Shown in pieces: positions 59,762 through 64,000 of a stretch of DNA of 64,000 bases. The DNA is taken from assembly GCA_949529445.1 (NCBI GenBank), contig CATISA010000026.1:15548-79547 (forward strand), written 5' to 3'. Position numbers and translations under genes: made by a program. Within the stretch, counting starts at the first letter, position 1, and the number at the start of each line of letters is the position of its first letter. A model generated the notes under the pieces. It made no database searches. It was not told where the DNA came from and saw only the letters and a list, made by a program, of their open reading frames with translations. The DNA comes from Alphaproteobacteria bacterium UBA4588. GTDB taxonomy: Bacteria > Pseudomonadota > Alphaproteobacteria > Puniceispirillales > Puniceispirillaceae.

Positions 59762-61279
59762 CTACATTTTTAGCAATTGGCCATCACGCAATAGATGAAT
59801 ATCATAGCTTCTTAAATTGCGTCCGTCTGGCAGTAATCTGAACGTGCCGCTAAATCCAGCAAAGCCTTGCTCCTGAATGAGGCCACCCTTCCAGTCCACA
59901 TCCAGAGAGTTGTCGTTAGGTGTTTTTGCTGCATGCGCTCTTTTTGTGACGGTAATAAGGGCCATCGAATCAAAGCCAAGTCGCGATAGTGATGATGATT
60001 CTGTCTTAAATGTTTCTTTCCAGGATTTTTCAAAGGCTGCAGCTTGAGGAACCTGCGCCCGTGCAACAAAACTACCTTGAAGAGAGGGCTCTCGGAGCAA
60101 ATCGCTCCTAGTCCACAGATCTGTACCAACAAATGTCACCTGTGATGGGCCAAGGTCATAATAGGCAAGGACGGGCGCTGTACGTAGCACAAAATCTGCA
60201 TCACCAGCCAGAATCACAGCATCATAAGGTGGGGGTGGTAAGTCAGTAACACCTTCTTCTGGCGCTACATAGCGGCTAAAATCTTTTATCGCACTCTTGA
60301 GTGCCGGCTCATCTGCAAGGACGTCCGGCGGTAAGATAGTCAAAGCCGCAGGGCTAATTGCCAATTCCTTTAGCCGGCTTGTTGCGTGCGTCAACATGCG
60401 AGAGCCAAATACATCCTCAGATGCCAAGATTGCAATCTGCATCTTATTTTCCTGAACCAGATATCCAAGAAGATTATCCATCTGCTGCTCGGGAAGATAA
60501 TTCATAACCCAGCGCCCCGTTTGCGCCGCAGCTTGGTTGTTTGACATTGATAGCATCGGGATGCCGGCTTGTGCCAGAATTTCGGCACTCTGCTCAATAG
60601 AGGCGGTAAAAAGTGGCCCAATAATAATATCGACAGCTTTTGATTTAGCATCCAGCGCAGCTTGATAGGCAGATATGCCACCTTGCGTATCAAGATAGAT
60701 AAGCTCTATATCGGGCTCACTTGTCTGAAAAAGAGCCATTTCAATGCCACCAGCAATGTCGAGGCCGAGTTCGACATAATCACCACTCAAAGGCAACATT
60801 AGCCCAACACGCACAACACCATCATTGCGCACTGCTGGCGGTAAATCCTGAACTGCCGTTGTTTTCGGAATCACCGAGTTTGGCTTGCTGCGCAGTAAAT
60901 CAAGAGCCGCATCAAGTGCCTCTTGTGCAAGGGCAGATGTTGCTCCATCCGGCGCAGGGCTTAGTTTTCGAATTGGCAGACTCGACTGAAGTTGCTTTTG
61001 AATCAAGCCTGCTTCTTCATTTGGCCTGATGGTTATTCTTTGTCCAACATCACTTGCCGGCGCATCACTGCTTTTTGTCTGATCTATTTCAACACGTGCA
61101 ATCAGGTCACCAACGATATCAGGTGTGGTATCTAAGGAGGCTTGTTCTGTGGCAGACGGTATTTTTAGGGCCGATGATGGCTGTTGGTCATCAGTCTGGC
61201 AGGCAGATAGAATTAACGTCACCATTAATAGGTAAAAAGAAATTGCTCGGTAAGTTTTCTTTGCCATATTTTTGACCAT
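59762..61279 (-). CDS. Lipoprotein with type-1 periplasmic-binding-protein fold, LppC/LpoA-like (candidate penicillin-binding-protein activator)
   Basis: Lipobox LILSAC and a Ser/Pro/Ala-rich linker. The Leu/Ile/Val-BP-like core includes VRVGLMLPLSG and DIIIGPLF. It is divergent from rsmI, as lpoA is in E. coli. Confidence 0.6.
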   Translation of the reverse strand: MVKNMAKKTYRAISFYLLMVTLILSACQTDDQQPSSALKIPSATEQASLDTTPDIVGDLIARVEIDQTKSSDAPASDVGQRITIRPNEEAGLIQKQLQSSLPIRKLSPAPDGATSALAQEALDAALDLLRSKPNSVIPKTTAVQDLPPAVRNDGVVRVGLMLPLSGDYVELGLDIAGGIEMALFQTSEPDIELIYLDTQGGISAYQAALDAKSKAVDIIIGPLFTASIEQSAEILAQAGIPMLSMSNNQAAAQTGRWVMNYLPEQQMDNLLGYLVQENKMQIAILASEDVFGSRMLTHATSRLKELAISPAALTILPPDVLADEPALKSAIKDFSRYVAPEEGVTDLPPPPYDAVILAGDADFVLRTAPVLAYYDLGPSQVTFVGTDLWTRSDLLREPSLQGSFVARAQVPQAAAFEKSWKETFKTESSSLSRLGFDSMALITVTKRAHAAKTPNDNSLDVDWKGGLIQEQGFAGFSGTFRLLPDGRNLRSYDIHLLRDGQLLKM

Positions 61280-61430
61280 AAAATTTCAAAGCCTTAGGTT
61301 ATTGCAACTAGTGACCCTTGCAATATCGACCGCCGGTGAAAAAGCGGTCTTCTGCTATAGGCCAGACGCATCAACCTAGATATAGTGATGCCATGAAACC
61401 TTGTCTTCTTCAATCACTCTCGGTGCAGTA

Positions 61431-62297
61431 ATGCTAACCATTGTTGCAACACCTATTGGAAATCTTCTCGACTTGCCCCGGCGTGCCGTTCAGGCCTTTG
61501 CCGACGCCGATATTATTGCCTGTGAAGATACCCGCCAGACACGCAAGCTTTTAAGCCTGACGGGAACCTCAACAAAAGCTCAGCTGCTCCCTTATCATGA
61601 CCATAATGGGGCAAAAATGCGCCCAAAACTTCTTACTGCCCTTCATAACGGCAAAAAAGTCGTTCTTGTGAGTGATGCCGGGACACCACTTATCTCAGAC
61701 CCCGGCTATAAACTGGTCGCAGCATGCCATGAAGACGGCATAATCGTGACTTCTATTCCAGGTCCAACAGCGCCAATTATTGCTCTAACAATGTCGGGAC
61801 TGCCCAGTGATAAATTTGCCTTTCAGGGATTTGTGCCAGCAAAAAAAAGTGCGGCGGCGCAGGCTCTAGAAGCATCAGCCCTACTTGAAATAACACAAAT
61901 ATGGTTTGAAAGTGCGCGCCGCCTGCCAACAACACTCAATTTAATGCAGCACGCCTATGGAGAACGATTATGTGTTATCGCGCGCGAACTCACGAAGCTA
62001 CATGAAGAAATTGAACGCGGCCCCCTTACTGATCTGGCGCAAAAATATCAAACAACACCGCCGCCACGTGGTGAAATTGTCATTCTGGTTGAAGGGGCTT
62101 CTGCGTTTCATCATGCTGTTTCAGATGAAACCATTATTGCACTTCTATCAGACGCGCTTGAAACTCAGTCAGTGCGGGATGCGGTTCAGCAAGTCGAAGC
62201 GCTCACAGGGGCAAAAAAACGTCATATTTACCAGATTGCTTTAACAATTCACCAAGAACAGCACATCAAACCCGATGATAGCGGCGCACATGATTAG
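61431..62297 (+). CDS. rsmI: 16S rRNA (cytidine1402-2'-O)-methyltransferase
   Basis: Motifs VATPIGNLLDL, CEDTR and VSDAGTPLISDPG. The start is ATG 61431 or TTG 61401 (ORF track). Confidence 0.88.
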   Translation: MLTIVATPIGNLLDLPRRAVQAFADADIIACEDTRQTRKLLSLTGTSTKAQLLPYHDHNGAKMRPKLLTALHNGKKVVLVSDAGTPLISDPGYKLVAACHEDGIIVTSIPGPTAPIIALTMSGLPSDKFAFQGFVPAKKSAAAQALEASALLEITQIWFESARRLPTTLNLMQHAYGERLCVIARELTKLHEEIERGPLTDLAQKYQTTPPPRGEIVILVEGASAFHHAVSDETIIALLSDALETQSVRDAVQQVEALTGAKKRHIYQIALTIHQEQHIKPDDSGAHD

Positions 62298-62311
62298 AGG
62301 GGGTCTTATTC

Positions 62312-62485
62312 ATGCCAACAAGTTCACCCACTCTTCGCCGGAAACAACGTCAGGCAGTCGAAAGAGCCGGACGTCGTGCTGAAATTGCTGCATGGCTCTA
62401 TTATAGTATCAAAGGATATTATTGCCTTGGCCGACGGGTGCGGACACCATTTGAAGAAATTGAAATTTTTGTTATTTCCAACTGA
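62312..62485 (+). pseudogene. yraN: Truncated YraN/UPF0102-family (PD-(D/E)xK endonuclease-like) remnant, 57 codons
   Basis: Below the ORF-track cutoff. ATG 62312 is preceded by GAGGGGG. Translation is MPTSSPTLRRKQRQAVERAGRRAEIAAWLYYSIKGYYCLGRRVRTPFEEIEIFVISN*. This matches the YraN N-terminal pattern G-x2-AE-x2-A-x2-L-x3-GY-x2-L-x2-R-x-R-x3-(G)EI(D) but stops before the E-V-K motif. It sits in the conserved position after rsmI. Confidence 0.4.
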
Positions 62486-62642
62486 AGGTCTTTCCGATGC
62501 ATCCCAGTTCAATAGTGTGATACCAAATTCTGATTGCGCTCAAACCGTTGATCATTATACTTTGGCTGTAAATTGGGCGTTGTCACCTTATTCAGGGCAA
62601 TGCTTCCTGAGATAGGCTTTTTTTGGAGTGAACTGAAATCCA

Positions 62643-63236
62643 ATGACGCGTTCATTTATTTTTTCTACCTTTCTTCTTATCTCTTCTGCCCTTGCATTAT
62701 CGGGGTGCGTTAATGCTGCCATCGGCATCGGAACAGCCGCTGTCGCTGCCTCGACTACGGAAAAAGGGTTATCAACCTCTGTTTCGGATTCAGTGATCCA
62801 AGCCAAGCTGTCAGATAGTTTTATTCAAACAAGCCAGTCTTTATTCTTAAATGTGGAAACAGCGGTTAACAACGGGTCTGTATTGCTCACAGGGAAGCTT
62901 AAAACTCAGGAGGAAAAAATTACAGCAACACGTTTATCATGGGAAATTAAAGGTGTCCGCGAAGTTATCAACGAGATCCAATTATCTGGAACAAGCTCTT
63001 TAAAGAGCTCAGCAAAAGATTTAGCAGCGAGCGCCCAACTTCGTGCCGCCCTTATTCGTGATCCTGAAATTTCATCGCTTAATTTTTCTATCGATGTCGT
63101 AAACGGTATTGTATATCTGTCTGGTGTTGCTGAAAACGAGCAAGAGCGTGAGCGTGTTGTTGCCCATGCTCAGGAACTACGCTTTGCAAAGCAGGTCGTG
63201 AGCTATATTATTCTGGCATATGACCGGCGCAAATAA
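62643..63236 (+). CDS. Dual BON-domain lipoprotein (DolP/YraP/OsmY-like)
   Basis: Lipobox ALSGC and two BON repeats (VNNGSVLLTGKL... and VVNGIVYLSGVA...). 197 aa, the same size and architecture as E. coli DolP. Confidence 0.7.
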   Translation: MTRSFIFSTFLLISSALALSGCVNAAIGIGTAAVAASTTEKGLSTSVSDSVIQAKLSDSFIQTSQSLFLNVETAVNNGSVLLTGKLKTQEEKITATRLSWEIKGVREVINEIQLSGTSSLKSSAKDLAASAQLRAALIRDPEISSLNFSIDVVNGIVYLSGVAENEQERERVVAHAQELRFAKQVVSYIILAYDRRK

Positions 63237-63296
63237 AAGCCAGGCGAAGCAAAAGAGACATAGCTCCTTGCTAGCATCTTAGACAATGGGGATATC

Positions 63297-64000
63297 ATGA
63301 CATATAAGGTTGCGGTTCAAATGGACCCGGTTGACGCCATTGATATCACTGGTGACACAAGTTTTGCACTCGCACTAGAGGCCCAACATCGCGGCTGTTT
63401 GCTCTGGTATTACCACCCCGATGATATATATCTCGAAGGCGGTAGCATCAACGCCATCTGCCAAACAATGTCATTGCGTGATAGTAAGGGTGACCATGTA
63501 ACACTCGGCCCCAGAGAAGTGTGCGCGTTAAGTGATATGGATGTTATCCTAATGCGTCAGGACCCCCCTTTTGATATGGGCTATATCACGGCCACACATC
63601 TGCTGGAAATGCTACCAGCCGGGACTATGGTAATAAACAATCCTCATGAAGTCAGAAATGCCCCAGAAAAGCTACTTGTTACTCTGTTCTCAGAGCTGAT
63701 GCCGCCAACACTCATTTCGCGTAACCCGGACATTATCCAAAAATTTCGAAGCCAGCATAAAGATATTATCATTAAACCTTTATATGGAAATGGTGGGGCT
63801 GGCGTCTTTCGGCTCCAGCCTGGCGATCAGAATATAAATGCTTTGCTAGAGATGTTTTTTGCCAGCAATAACGAACCTGTCATGGTACAGGCTTTTCTGC
63901 CTGATGTTATTAAAGGGGATAAGCGTATTATTCTGATTAATGGCGAGCCTGTTGGCGCTATCAACCGTGTCCCGCAAAAAGGTGAAGCGCGGTCCAACAT
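63297..64000 (+). CDS. gshB: Glutathione synthetase (N-terminal ~234 codons; continues beyond window end)
   Basis: Not in the ORF track because there is no stop. Hand translation gives MTYKVAVQMDPVDAIDITGDTSFALALEAQHRG...DVILMRQDPPFDMGYITATHLLE...IIKPLYGNGGAGVF...GDKRIILINGEPVGAINRVPQKGEARSN. This is collinear with prokaryotic GshB. Confidence 0.9.
   Translation, partial: MTYKVAVQMDPVDAIDITGDTSFALALEAQHRGCLLWYYHPDDIYLEGGSINAICQTMSLRDSKGDHVTLGPREVCALSDMDVILMRQDPPFDMGYITATHLLEMLPAGTMVINNPHEVRNAPEKLLVTLFSELMPPTLISRNPDIIQKFRSQHKDIIIKPLYGNGGAGVFRLQPGDQNINALLEMFFASNNEPVMVQAFLPDVIKGDKRIILINGEPVGAINRVPQKGEARSN

Noticed and set aside
62376-62615. A 79-aa ORF-track ORF downstream of rsmI.
   Set aside because: It has no SD and no family resemblance. 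It overlaps, in another frame, the better-supported YraN-like 57-codon ORF (62312..62485). I treat it as a chance ORF within decayed yraN DNA.
1-64000. A search for a novel defence, toxin-antitoxin, mobile-element or CRISPR-type system, as the prompt suggests.
   Set aside because: Every long ORF except four or five small hypothetical ones reads as a conserved housekeeping gene in a conserved alphaproteobacterial neighbourhood. I saw no repeat-spacer arrays, transposase, integrase or recombinase motifs, or phage genes. I saw no abrupt compositional island flanked by tRNA or direct repeats. Only the 54478..55915 pair is unexplained, and it is reported as a finding with modest confidence.

Overview
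This window looks like a tightly packed core-chromosome segment of an alphaproteobacterium, judged from gene content and order. I did not compute GC content. It starts inside dnaA (minus strand) and ends inside gshB.

I can support about 58 protein-coding genes, nearly all housekeeping:
- dnaA-rpsT-mutM
- ubiE-ubiB-coaBC-dut-moeB-like
- fabA-fabB-fabI
- the rimP-nusA-ylxR-infB-rbfA-truB-rpsO-pnp block
- lnt upstream of metK-trmB, within miaB-phoH-ybeY-corC-lnt
- tsaB-rimI
- trpS-murJ-glnD-mutS
- maeB
- phoR-phoB
- nth and dapB
- hrcA ... grpE-dnaK-dnaJ
- rph-rdgB-hemW
- an LpoA/LppC-like lipoprotein divergent from rsmI-yraN(remnant)-BON lipoprotein-gshB

Many neighbouring genes overlap by 1-20 nt (ATGA, GTGA, TAATG), and several convergent pairs abut or overlap.

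I found no rRNA, tRNA, CRISPR array, transposase, integrase, phage gene, or recognisable toxin-antitoxin or defence gene. I therefore cannot support the claim that this window holds a clearly novel multi-gene system.

The observations most worth follow-up are:
1. An orphan, translationally coupled gene pair splitting hrcA from grpE-dnaK-dnaJ. One ORF is a disordered protein with a Lys/Ala-rich tail; the other is a double zinc-ribbon membrane protein.
2. A Cro/YdaS-like HTH extension of about 85 aa fused in frame to CoaBC, with TTGTGAATA repeats just upstream.
3. A decayed yraN.
4. Hand-identified regulatory sites: sigma-32-like promoters for grpE and dnaK, a Pho box upstream of phoB, the rpsO terminator with a long pnp leader, and hairpins between dnaK and dnaJ.

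All family assignments come from reading the translated ORFs by eye. No database search was run.
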